From positions 3,410,001 to 3,474,000 of the forward strand of contig JBHGNT010000018.1 of NCBI GenBank assembly GCA_043228905.1: 64,000 nucleotides of DNA, read 5' to 3'. The first letter of the stretch is position 1, and every line of letters begins with the position of its first letter. The notes under the pieces were generated by a model that was given only the letters and a program-made list of their open reading frames with translations, searched no databases and was not told the origin of the DNA. Both the position numbers and the translations under genes were made by a program. Positions 35,901 through 48,181 of this stretch are shown here, in pieces. Origin of the DNA: Azolla caroliniana (lineage: Eukaryota; Plantae; Polypodiophyta).

Positions 35901-38251
35901 GGAATAAAGTCTCTGTTGATTTTTTCAAAATTGTAACTACAAAAAAATCTTGTAATGGGATGAAACAACTTCAGGGGGATGAGGAATCCATCATAGAGGA
36001 TATTGGGGAAACAAGGATATTGCTACGCAGTTTTATAGCAATCTATTGTACGCCCAATATTTTACACTTGATCAATTGGAGAGTCGTTGATGCGTGTGGA
36101 AGACCATGCACACATGGGTTTCACTACATATGACAACTGTTTTGGTTAAGCCAAATTTGATTTTTGAAGTAAGAACTGCTCTTGATGCAATTGGCCCCCA
36201 TGTATGCCATGGTATTTATGGGTTTTCGACATATTTTTTTCTGGAATTATTGGGAATTTATTGGCAACGACATTACTACTGCATTCCAAGAGGTGTTTGA
36301 CACTAGAATTATGTCAAGTAAATGGATAGAAGGTAAGATATATCTTATTCCTAAGTTGGAAGGGGTAGTGGTTGATATTAGGAAGTGGACACCTATTACT
36401 TTATTGAATACAATTTACAAAATATATGCTAAGTTGTTGGCTATGAGACTACATCCTTTTATAATAGACATCATTCATAACACCCAAATAGGGTTCTTAC
36501 AAGATAGGAGTATATTGGATAACATTTTCTTATTTTGGGAAGCAGTTGCAATTTCACAAGAAAAGAAAGAGGATTTAGCTAGATTTTGAAAAGACTTGTG
36601 ATAGGTAGCTTGATCTTTTTTGGGGGGTACCATGGAAAAGCTAGGCTTTCCTAATCAATGGCTAGCGGCTATCTCCGCTCTTTACAACTCATCTACTAGT
36701 AGGGTATTAGTAGTTGGAGAGCTAGGCCAAGCATTTTCAATTTCGAGGTCATGGAGACAAGGATGGCCATTAGCTCCCTTTTTATATTTGAGGATTGGAG
36801 AAGCTTTTAGTAGTTTTCTTATAAGTAATGTCGAGAATATAAAAGGACTGCAATGACCTTGGTTAAAGGAGCAAATTGTGGATTGTCAATTTGTTGATGA
36901 TATAACCCTGTATATGCAATGTTCTCATGATAATCCATGTAGAGTACAACGGGCTATTCATAGATTTTCCTATGCTTCTAGAACTGTTATTAATTGGAAT
37001 AAGTCGGTGGGGTTCTGGGTAAGTACCATAGCATGAAGAGTTTCAATGGATTCTTCATGGTAAACTTGTAAGATACTTGGGATGTCATGTAGGAATTAAC
37101 CTTTTGTTGGAAGATCATGTTGCTCCTTTGCTGCTTGCTATAAGGAAGAAATTGTTATATTGGAAGGGTGTTAAATTGTCATTGACAGGTCGGGTTGTTG
37201 TTGCCAATCAAGTATTGTTGACTTCCATGTGGTACATTTTTTCGGCTTGGTTGTGTTTACGTTCAGTTTTATCACAAGTACAAAGGCTTATTAGAAATTT
37301 CCTTTGGGAATCTTAAGATTGTTCATATGTGAGAGCCAAAGTATCTTGGAAAGTTATTACACCTCCAAAGGACGAGGGTGGTCTTGGATTGATTGATCAT
37401 CTATTACAATGTAAGGCTTTTTTGGGAAATTTTATTATAAGAGGTTTGTTGCTAGGTGGGGAGCCATGGAAAAAAATCTCAAGGCACAAAATGGTTAAGG
37501 TTATGCCTTCTACATGTGGCAATTGGCAAGATAGTATTAGATGGTGGTTTTTAAGAGATTTTAATCATTCCATTGATAATTTTCACCAATATAAGTTTTT
37601 TAGGGGTGTCATGAAGGCATGTGGGATTTGAAACATAACTTGGTCCAATCTCTACCATCACATATGGAGGAATGGGTGTGCCAACCCCTCATAATGAACC
37701 CATTATTTCTATCAGAGGAGGGGGGAATGTTAGGGAAAAGAACTAGGTTGAAATGGGTTGATTTTGATAGAGGAGAAGTTGGATCATAAAGGAATTGGCT
37801 GAATTTTTCTTCTTTGACGATGGAAAACAAAGTTTGTCGCACAATTTGGGGTGGGAACATTATGTATGTAGAAATGGATAGAGTGTTTACGATGTCTTCC
37901 TTTCAGCCTTCTCAAATTAGTCTATTTTGGTATGGTATGTTTTCATCTTTACATGTCTTGTTGGGGGTTAGGGGTTATCAAAACTCTCGTGACTGTCTTT
38001 ATTTCGATGTTTTGCGTCCTAGACGGCATCATTCTATCCTTATGGAAGACAAAGTTGTAACTCAAGGGAGTATGTTGCATGTTTGTATATTGTGAAAGAA
38101 CGATAAAAAATGGATGTTGAATCCACATCCAAATGATATAGATTGTTTATCTAAATCGTGGGTCTACGAGAATGACCCCATTGATCACCTTTTGTGGTAT
38201 CCCAATGAATGGAAATGGCAAAGCATATCAGCACAAGGAATGCTAGGTAAG

Positions 38252-39428
38252 TGTTAATAATTATAATATTAATTAAGAGTTAATTGGTATCTAATTATGA
38301 GAATATATTAATCGCGTGTGTGATTAAGTTGCCGAAGATTATGTGATATGTATGTGTGTGTGTGAGAGGAAGAGAGAGAGGAAGATACACTTATGAACAA
38401 TAAGATAAATGTGTTAGGAAACAGGTCCCTCCGGATGGGAAGTGAGAAGAACAGTACTGATGAGCAAACTCGGCCGAAACCGGATGAGGAGTACCCGACT
38501 ACGGAAGACCCGGCAAGCGCAGGATGACAAGTACCCGGCTACGGAAGACCCGGTGAGAACCGGATGTGGTGTACCCAGCAAGCGCTGGATGACGAGTACC
38601 CGGCTACGGAGGACCCGGTGAGAACCGGATGACGAGTACCCGGCAAGAGCCGGATGGTGAAGGCCCGGTGAGAAGCGCTCACCGGATGAAGGGACATATT
38701 TGTAAATATGTTTCTAAGAGTCCATCGGGGCTATATTTGTAAATAGCCGAAAAGTCATATTAGTATAAATATGTCTTAGGGAAAACAGAGAGTGAGAGGT
38801 TGTCATTCTTGTTGGCGCAAGATTAGAGCGCGCAACTGTCGTTGCCTCTGTTGTAACCGCCGCTTGTGGCGAAGATAGCAAGCTCGAGGTCGTGGCCTTA
38901 GTGCTTTCTTATTGTACATTCTGATATAGTGATAGTTTGTGGTCTGTGGGCTGCTGTGGTTTTTCCCGAGTTTGGGTTTTCCACATAAACATCATGTGTA
39001 CTCTTCTCTCTATCGTGTTGTGCTTTCATTCCCTGTTTTCTGTGTTTGATTTTAGACTCGATTGTGGCCGAGCGTTGTTCATCAGAGCGTGTAGTTCCTG
39101 TCAAAATGGGGGATGATTAACAAGAGTGTAGCTAAAGACCTTTTTCTATATTAATAAGCATCAAGTTACAAAAATACCCACAATGAGGTATATATACAAT
39201 TCATGTCCAAGGGTGCACTGCCACATGTGTGAGGAGAATATAGGTACAAGGATGTAAATCCTATATTCAATGAACTTGGTAGTGGAGAATCTAGAATGTA
39301 TCCCACTCAAGTACGAAATCCTATTTAAGGCTTTAAGGTCAACACTTCTGACTAGATTCTAATTATGTAACTACTAAGTTACATGGTTAACTAAATAGCT
39401 AAACCTAGTTCAACTTGATATCTCAACA
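38252..39428 (-). mobile_element. Solo LTR B (~330 bp net) inserted in LINE ORF2
   Basis: TGTTA...CAACA ends, TSD GTAAG (38247-38251 and 39429-39433). The LINE frame rejoins as QGMLGK-QIPFFQYSVKMSRE. Strand inferred from TATA placement. Confidence 0.75.
38281..39122 (+). mobile_element. Solo LTR A (842 bp) nested in solo LTR B
   Basis: TSD AGAGT (38276-38280 and 39123-39127), right end ATTAACA, left end TA (not TG), TATAAATA ~38764, LTR motif GTGGTTTTCCC..GGGTTTTCCAC ~38957-38985, U3-like tandem repeats CCGGATGACGAGTACCCGG 38470-38690. Confidence 0.75.
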
Positions 39429-40238
39429 GTAAGCAAATCCCATTTTTTCAGTACTCAGTAAAAATGAGTAGAGAATTGTTGAGGCGTATGGCTGTTATGC
39501 CAGCAACGTGTAAAATCTGGAGCTTGGGTAATGTACAACAGTCTTGGTTGAATGCTTATTGGAAAAAATTATGGGCCATGCAAATTCCTAGAAAACTTGT
39601 CTTGTTTAGATGGTTGTTGGTACATTATGACATTCTTGTGAAGTCATGGATGAGGGGCCATTGCCATGATTTAAAATGTGACAGTTGTGGTTTTCCTAGT
39701 GAAACGGTTCGCCATGTTTTATGGGTATGTCCTATTACTAAAGTAGTATGGAAAAGAATGTTGAGAATTTTGTATCCTATTTATGGTAAATAGGCGTACA
39801 CATGGGGTTTTTACACCGGGACATTTGAAATAGGTAATATGTCGCATTTCAAGAATTGTCCATCAAAAAATGACACAAATTAGGGCAATTCACATAAAAA
39901 GGTGCCGCATGCGTAAAGGGTTTTTAAAAATGACCCAAAAATATATTGATTTCTAACATGTACGAAAATTTAGGTGTTCAAATAAATGCCTAAATAATGG
40001 ACATGCCAAACGTACAAACAAATGTCCAAAATGACTAACACCAATATTTATAGAAATTCATGAATCCAGATTTTGATGCACAATACAATATTTACAGTTA
40101 ACTTATTAGAACAATCGTTTTCCAAGATTATGCCATCATCTTCATACCCATCAAATGAACTAGTAGGAGTTTGTGAGGCCTAATCCTCATCATTACTGGC
40201 AACTAATGCATTGTTTTCATCCAATTGCAATCAAATCT

Positions 40239-42237
40239 CATCGTGGTTATGAGTCATGCTTCTTGTTTTGCCTTTGTGTTGTGTCTGGAGCCACATTCGT
40301 TAGAATCCCATAATTAATTTTTTTCGTTTTTCTTAGATTCTCATAGTAAGCCTTGGATCTCAAACAGAATTTTGATGCATTCCATCCATATCTGATGCAC
40401 TACGTCAAAATCTTTTGTGTACATCTAGAATCACTACATCGGATTCTTGTTGTAAGTCTTCGATTTTTTTTAAATTTTCCATAAAAAAAAATCTTGGATT
40501 TTCAACTCCGACCCAATGCAATACATCAAATTCTAGCTATATATTTATCAAAATCTGATACATTGCATTGGATTTCAGCTGAAAATCCACTTTTTAAAAA
40601 TTGTTAAAAAATTAAAAAATCTTGGATTTTCAACTCAAATATGATGCATTGCATTGTATTTTACTCTATACATCTAGAATTTGATGCACTGCATCGAATT
40701 TTAGTTGAAAATCCACAAATTTTTTTGTTTGTTTTCATTTTTTATTTTCTTTTACTTTTTTCCATAAGAAATAAAAAAATAAAAAATTTGTATTATCAAC
40801 TAAAATTCAATGCACTGAAAATCTATTTTTTATTTTCTTTTACTTTTTTCCATAACAAAAAAATAATGTATTATCAACTAAAATTCAATGCACTGCAACA
40901 AATTTTAGTCTATACAGCTCGAATCTGATGCAATGCATCCGATTTCAGTTGAAACTCTATTTTTTTAATGTTTTATATTTTTTTCCATAAAAAATAAAAA
41001 AGTTATAAAGAAATGGATTTTTTGAAATCCGATGCACTGTATTGGATTTTAGTCTTTATAGTTAGCATCTGATGCAATGCATCAGATGTAAGTAGAAAAT
41101 TAAATTAAATTAAATTCTTTTCAAAAAAATTTAATTTTGTAATTTTGTAATTTTGTAATTTTGTAATTTTGTAATTTTGTAATTTTGTAATTTTGTAATT
41201 TTGTAATTTTGTAATTTTGTAATTTTGTAATTTTTGTAATTTTTTAATTGTTTTTAATTTTGTAATTTTTTTGCATAAAGAAATCAAAACAATTTAAATG
41301 TATTTTCAACTGAAATTTGATGAACTACATTGGATTTTAGTCTATAAAACTAGAATCCAATGTAGTGCATCAGATTTTAGTTGAAAATCCACTTTATTTT
41401 ATTTCTTTTCAATTTTTCTTATTTATTTTATTTTTTTCATAAAAAAATATAAAAATTTTGGATTTTCAACTAGAATCTAATGCATTGCATCAAATTCCAT
41501 TTGGAAATCCATGATTTTTTTATTTTCTTTGATTTTCTCCATTGAAAATTATGGATTTTCAACAAAAATCCAATGCAGTGCATCGTATTTTCGTTGTAAA
41601 TCCAAGTTGTTGTTGTTTTTTTTTCATTTATCATGGATTTTCAACTGAAATCCGATGCAATGCATGGGATTTCCATTGAAAATCCAAGATTTGTTTTTAT
41701 TTTTTCATTGGTTTATGGAAAAATGAAAAAACTAAAAGAAAAATGGATTTTCAGCTAAAATCCAATGCATTGCATTAGATTTCAATCGGAAATTCCATTT
41801 TTTTAATATTTTTATTTATTTATGGAAAAAATGAAAAACAATTCAACTAGAATCCAATGCAAGGCATGGGATTTTAGTTGAAAATCCATTTTTTATTTTT
41901 ATGGAAAAAATGAAAACAAATAAAAGAAAAATGGATTTTCGACTTAAATCCAATGCATTGCATTGGATTCTAGCTATACATGCTAAAATACAATGTAGTG
42001 CATCATATTACAGTTGAAAATCCATTTTCTTTATTTTTTTATGGAAAAAATATAATAAAAATCTTGGATTTTCAACCGAAATCCAATGCATTGCATCATA
42101 TTCAAGGGGAAATCCAATATTTTTTTATTCTTTTCAAAAAAAATCCAGTTGAAAATCCAATGCAATGCATCAGATCCCAAATGTGGCTCCAGACACAACA
42201 CAAAGACAAACAAGAAGCATGGCATAGAACCACGATG
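40239..42237. repeat. Fold-back structure: ~60-bp terminal inverted repeats enclosing an array of ~53-bp palindromes
   Basis: CATCGTGGTT..CATGCTTCTTGTTT..CTTTGTGTTGTGTCTGGAGCCACATT (40239-40297) is the inverse of 42180-42237. Internal unit TGGATTTTCAACTNAAATCCRATGCANTGCATYGGATTTNAGTTGAAAATCCA. Confidence 0.85.
41132..41270. repeat. (TTTTGTAA)n octamer tandem repeat near the centre of the fold-back
   Basis: About 13 near-perfect units. Confidence 0.95.
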
Positions 42238-42699
42238 TACTACATCTTGGTTCAAAACAAAGTTACAACAAGTTGTTTCTGAAATAAAGTTCTTAACATT
42301 ACAATAAGTTGAGAACGATGGTCTACATTTTGAGACAAAACAATAACAGAGTGGATTGTGTTTGATACTAGAGAGGATTGCATTTAATACTAGAGACGCA
42401 TTCTATATAAATAGACATAAATGTAGCATTTTAAAATTTGTTCATTGGGTTACCATTTTCATAATTTGCAAAATTAGGGTTAATACAATTAAGCTTACAT
42501 GGAATCCATTCCTTATCTCCAAATTGGATAAAAGAACATGACAAATGGAATATGAAACTATTGACTTTCTTGTCATGAAAATAATTAGTTGAGAATTTTG
42601 GTATGTTTTAAGAAAGAGAGACACAGTTAGCAACTAGAGGGAGGTTGTAGCTAGAGCAAAGACTAAGCTAACTACTAGAGCAAAGGTCATCGCTATAGA

Positions 42700-43900
42700 A
42701 GGGATGGTAAGAGTAGACACAAATGGTTCCATAATGGGCCAATTTAATCAAGGGCATGAGATTATAGATGAGAGGAAATGGTTCATTGCCAAACACATGT
42801 GAAGATGAATTTGATGGACCAAGATTGTCAATCTATCATCAAGTTGTGGGATTCGACCCGATGTAATAAGGGAACGAGGAAAAGTGATGGGATTTAGATC
42901 AATCTCTTCTTGTTGTGAGTTGACCTATTGATTATCTTATTAGAGATAATTGGTCACACACTAACCACCTCACTTGAAATAGGAATAACATGGATTATCT
43001 TTGTAAGAAACATCTATGAAGCAAAACCTAGCATTAAAGTCGATATGCAAGATAGCATGGATGACCCTAGATCTATTGCCTATCTATTCATGGATTGTGA
43101 AACTTGACAAAGGTTAGACGTATGGCCAATGCCTTAACAACAAAGGTGTGTCCTAATATTGTGTAGTTGCAATATGGTTCCTATTACAACCAGACAAACT
43201 CATTTTCCAATTAGTTGTCCATATCCCTTACTACTAATTGTTTAGAAACCGCCTTGACTAGGCAAGAGAGAATCATATGGCTTAGCACATTGCAAGAGGC
43301 AAAGATCATTCACGTGACAGTATTGTCCATTGGACTTTGTTATGTTTGTTGACCTCCGTTCCCTTGGGTAGAGGCGAGGGGTTGGAGATTAAAAATGATG
43401 AAAGGGTCAAGGGTGTTTGACCATGTTTGTGATGAAGAAGAGACTTGTTGTTCTTGGTGGAAGTCGAATAACCAATTGTCAAACCATACTACTTGGGTTA
43501 TTGCTTTTAATATCATCCTAAAGTCCTCAAAATTGTTCAAGGAAGGCTTGTTCTTCCCAATTAATATTACATTCTAAAAATCAAATGTATATATCAAGAT
43601 TGGTTGTGATATTTGTTGTAATTGGCAGGAGTTTGTTGATGTCAATTCATTATTTTGTCAATATTGTTGAAAGTAGCTTCAAACCAACCAAGTAGGCTAG
43701 GAAGTCTTCCAGCAACAATGATGACTCTTTCATCAACAACATCATGATGTATCGTGTACAAAGTCGAGTTTTACAATCACTTGGGATTCTCATCACATTA
43801 ATATTGGAAAAGAAAGGAAAAAATGAATATCCAAAACGACAACAAAGCATATCTTAAATGGGAAGAGATAGGCATTGGTCAAAACATGGTGAAAGGTTCA
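42700..43900 (-). mobile_element. Decayed Ty3/gypsy gag-protease fragment
   Basis: Minus strand gag-like CNINWEEQAFLEQF..(G)LRDDIK..AITQVVWFDNWLF (~43460-43580), a decayed zinc knuckle (~43260-43305) and protease-like CFIDVSYK (~43000-43025). Confidence 0.6.
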
Positions 43901-45596
43901 AACTAACTATGGGTGATCGAACCTCAAAATACGAGCTATTATGTATACGCAACAATATAGGAGCCTGCGAGTGAGTTGACATATATTTTACCAAAGCCAA
44001 GCACCCATGCACAAGTAAGGACAATGTGTGTGCAAAAAAAAAAGTTGTTATTGTTATCCCACAAGAGAGCTCCTAGAAGTAGTTATTTGACGAGCAAGAA
44101 AGCTCATTGTCGGGTTCTCTAGTTTTAGGATTCGAATGCCAACCAGATTTTGAAAACAAACTAAATACCATGGGGTACACAAATTAAAGGGTGCCTATGA
44201 GGCCTATGACAATCAAGGTGACATTGTTGATTGTACATTAGCACATTGAATCAAGGATATCTTCCCAACTATTTTTTATCCTAATTTATCCTCATCCTAT
44301 GTAAATGGGTTCAATTTCTTACGTTTTTCATTCAAATGATCAAAAACCTATTGTACTTTTTAGCCCCTCATAATGATTTAAGTAAAACAATTTGTTATGG
44401 GTTTACTTGTTTTTTAAGAAAAAATCGAATACATATTCCAAAGCGGAATTAAATCATTACATGATCATGTTGAAATGCTTACAAGGAGAAAAGTGCAAAA
44501 AAACCCCATTATTTTTCTTGTCAAGGGGTTACATATCCAAATTGTGGTGGGAATGAGACTTAAACCTCCACTTTCGAGTGGCTAGTACTCTACTGTAAGC
44601 AACTCATACAATAGACTAAATGGATTTTCAGGCCCCAAAATGGAGATGTGAATATGTAATTGAGGGTTTAACCTCTTGTGGAACTAACTCAAATTGTAGG
44701 TGAAAACTATCGGGAACCAAAAATCTGAAAATTTGACCTACATCCAAGGAATTTTTAATTTTTTTCCAAAACAAAATATCCTTCCATTAGTTTTCAAAAA
44801 ACCTATCAGGTACAAACTACAAAATAGATGGAAAAGAAGAGAAAAAAGGACTATCCTAATGGCTAGCCATACAAACTAGATCCAGGGAATTTTTGTTGCA
44901 GTAAACTTGGTAATCAACAAAGAATTGGTGAAAGGGACGAGAATGGGGATTGACTCTAAAAATTGGCCCTATCTAAAGCCATTATAGCCCCAACTAAGGG
45001 AGGAGAAGGACATCAAGAAGCACAATTGCTCTATGAGAATCAAAATGTTGTTGTAGCAACTACCATTGCTGAACACCAATGTGTTCCATTTCAAGAGTTA
45101 TGTGTTCGACTATTACAGTGAGCGTATGAATTTATCTCTACACATTCATATAATTTATAAACATGCACAAATGTGTTCCATTTTAAGAGTTATATGTTCA
45201 AATATGATAGTGAGCATACGAATTTATCTCTACACACCTAAATGTGTAGCATACATACAGTCTCACAACACGTAGATGTGACAAGGCACACACACTATAT
45301 TTATACTTATAGAATACACATTTTTTTGTGCTCCCATGTGTATTAAAGAGGGGAAATCATGTGACTACATGCACGTTAACCTCTCAAAAATCTACATATG
45401 CAATGCCATCAATTCCACCTTCCTTGTTTAGATTCCTAGTGGTCACATGTGCCTTTTCACACACTTTCTCTTTGAATTTCCTCGCAATGAACTAAACCAT
45501 GCATGCGTTGACCAAGCTAAGCGAGTGTCAACAAGAGCCACTTGCTTGAATTTGTCATCGTATTGATAGGGTTAGAGATGCATGATAGACGAACGT

Positions 45597-45995
45597 CTAG
45601 AGACGATCGAGATTAATGTGATGGAAATGGGCCAAGGTAAGTAAGGGCGGCTTGTAGATGAGAGGAATTGCCAAGGACCAAGAATGTGTTTGGGTGAGCT
45701 TGATGGATTGAGATTGCCCATCTATCATTGTGTTGTGTGATTCAACCCAAGGTAAATCAAAGATAATAGGTTGTTGATGAGAAGTAATAAAATTGACCAT
45801 GGCCTCCTCTCACTGTGAGTTGATCCAAATAAGTAGTGGTCTAGTCTCTTTGGTGATTTTTCCAAAGACGAGTTGTCGCCCGTCAACCACCTCAATTGAA
45901 ACATGAAAAGGTTGTTTCAAAAGCTGGCTAGGATTTTGCTCTTTGTAAGAGACATCGATGAAGCATGATATAACACCCAAATTAATCAACACGTG
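45597..45995 (-). mobile_element. Second decayed retrotransposon aspartic protease fragment
   Basis: LINLGVISCFID (decayed LIDSGA..CFID), IEVVDGRQL, PIIFDLPWVESHNTMID. Confidence 0.7.
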
Positions 45996-47358
45996 TCTTT
46001 TTATGTTCTCTTATCCATTGTTTGTCTTGCGGGTTGAAACCAAGTACTCAAAAGGTATTACGTGAATGCACGTCATCTTGCAACTCTCTAGCAAAACATC
46101 TTACCTAGTAACATTGTATGTGGATACAAGTTGTCTTGTAATCGGTATTATAACATTTTGCGGAACTAGACAATATGCTAACCAATATAACAATTATAGT
46201 TGAATGTCTAACATCACGTTTGACATAAGAATATTTGCCTTACTCAGGTAAAAGTCTTAACACATTTGGGAACCAATTAGCAATATACTAGAAGATTTAC
46301 CTTAACAATCTAATACTTAGCACTCGTTAATAACTTGTCTCGCTTAATTAGTGATATTTAGAAGCATTGGAACTTAATAAAATGTTTCTTGAATATAGAA
46401 GATAATTTATAAGAGGAAGCATTATATAATGACACTATAGTCACATACATATACATATTTTAATGTGTTGCCATAAGTGGTATATATATTTATATATTCG
46501 GCACATCTATAGGCCTCCCTTTTTTATATGATAAAAGTCAAATGTGTTAGTAAATTAAGGAAGGATCAGATTTAACCCCCATAAACATACTTGTTAAGAG
46601 TTTATTCCTAATCAATAGACCAAATTAAAGTAAAAGAAAAGGTAAATAGACTGGATAGAAGAACCCATTCCTCCTGACCACCCCTGATATATGATCAAGA
46701 CATAGCCAAACTACCATCGATGTCCCATACCGATGTATATTAGGATGACTAGTACCTTGGAATATGTAACACAACCATTGCGATGAAAGCCTTGCCTGCA
46801 CCATTGGTGTCTCAAGACTTCAACCTTCTGATGTAACGAGTCTTATGAGGGTGGTAGCTAGGCCTCATATTTATACTTCTTCCTAGGCCCCTCAAATAGA
46901 TGTGCTTTTCTAAACAACTCTGTATGATAGTGCACACGCATATCATTCCTTCAATCAAATCACATTAGCCCATTTCTAACATTAGTGAACATACCCTTCA
47001 CTTATGTTATGTAAATATTAGTGACCTACCCTCACCTAAGTTATGTGCGCATAACAATATTCTCCCAATCTAAGGATCCTCTACTTGATATATACACTTT
47101 CTGGCCATTTTTAGAGTGTACACAACCCCCAAACAAAACCACTAATAATAGTATACAGAATGGCCTACACTAGGATCTCCCCCATGGAAATATTCTCACA
47201 TGATTAACCTACAATAGCAATTGCAGAGAAACGGAGTACAAATACATACACAAAACTTTTGCTTGCCATTATAGTTCAACATCTATGCATTTGCTATGTA
47301 AAAAATATCCCATCCTTACTCTTACGGTTTGGCCCGATGATCATCAATGACACGTGTA

Positions 47359-47359
<1 letters not shown>

Positions 47360-47397
<38 letters not shown>
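47360..47397. repeat. (TA)n microsatellite
   Basis: About 19 TA units. Confidence 0.95.
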
Positions 47398-47401
<4 letters not shown>

Positions 47402-47528
47402 TAATTGCTCGGCGGGCAATCGAGATAAGCAAAGGAGGCGGGTTGGACGGGCAGGACACGGGTTGGGCACACAAGCCTCGAAGGTTCATTATAATGTGTA
47501 ATTTTTTTATCTACTACTATTACTAATT

Positions 47529-47577
47529 TACTACATACTACATACTACATACTACATACTACATACTACATACTACA
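47529..47577. repeat. (TACTACA)n heptamer repeat upstream of FMT/CLU
   Basis: About 7 units directly before an AAACCCTA telo-box at 47583. Confidence 0.9.
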
Positions 47578-47860
47578 CGCCCAAACCCTAAAAGGCAAAG
47601 ATTGGATGGCCTATCTCTCTTCTTCTATTATATGCAAATTAACCTTTAGGGTTTTAGCCCCCCCCTCCCCCCGTTCATCCTCGTCGTCGTCTTCTCCTCC
47701 TGCAGAAGTTCCTTCCGTATCCATATCCATTTCTTCTCCTCTCAGCTCCTGCAGGAGATCATCCCATCTCCATAGCTGCTAACAGTTCGATAGCTACCTC
47801 ATAGGACCTCCCGTCGCCTCTCCGTTTTCTCAGACCTCGACCTCGACGAACCGTCAGACA

Positions 47861-47892
<32 letters not shown>

Positions 47893-48181
47893 CTCTTTAC
47901 ATCGATATGTTTTAGGCTTTCCCATCGCTTCCAGGTACGTCCTTCCCTTCCATGAAATCTTTTTTGCTCGTGGAAACTCCTTTATTCGTTTTGTTTATCT
48001 TGCATGTACTGCTTTTGGTCGAGAAGTTTTCTTGCTGAATTATTCTTCCATGGATTGTATTCAATTCACAATATCATCGTCACTGTTGTCATCCTTCATG
48101 TATCATTTTCCTTCTTTCTTTTCCTCAGTTTCTGTTTCGTTTGCTCGTAGATTGTGTTGCTTCTTTTACCGTCATATTTCC

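Larger units (their letters stand above)
33914..39817 (+). mobile_element. Decayed L1-clade LINE (ORF1 with zinc knuckle; ORF2 endonuclease-RT-zf-RVT), interrupted at 38252-39428
   Basis: ORF1 IVDIQFLGKGCYHVEF and CFACNRIGHVVKDC; endonuclease FLQEHHL, RDFNMVE, ARLDKFY; RT WTPITLLNTIYKIYAK, RQGWPLAPFL, QFVDD; C-terminal CDSC..ETVRHVLWVC; many stops. Confidence 0.9.

Noticed and set aside
38457-38481. Hammerhead-ribozyme-like core CTGATGAG...CGAAAC in a solo LTR (retrozyme idea)
   Set aside because: Helix II does not pair beyond one base pair and I could not build helices I and III around a GUH site. It looks like a variant of the adjacent CCGGATGA tandem repeat.
39818-40100. Possible Mutator-like TIR starting GGGACATTTG
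   Set aside because: No matching inverted end or 9-bp TSD found by eye, so not listed as a feature
40490-42120. CRISPR-like repeat-spacer appearance
   Set aside because: Eukaryotic context, degenerate 53-bp repeats, low-complexity poly-T/A spacers and no cas genes
44544-44625. Second possible tRNA-derived SINE head on the minus strand
   Set aside because: A and B boxes are too degenerate to support a call
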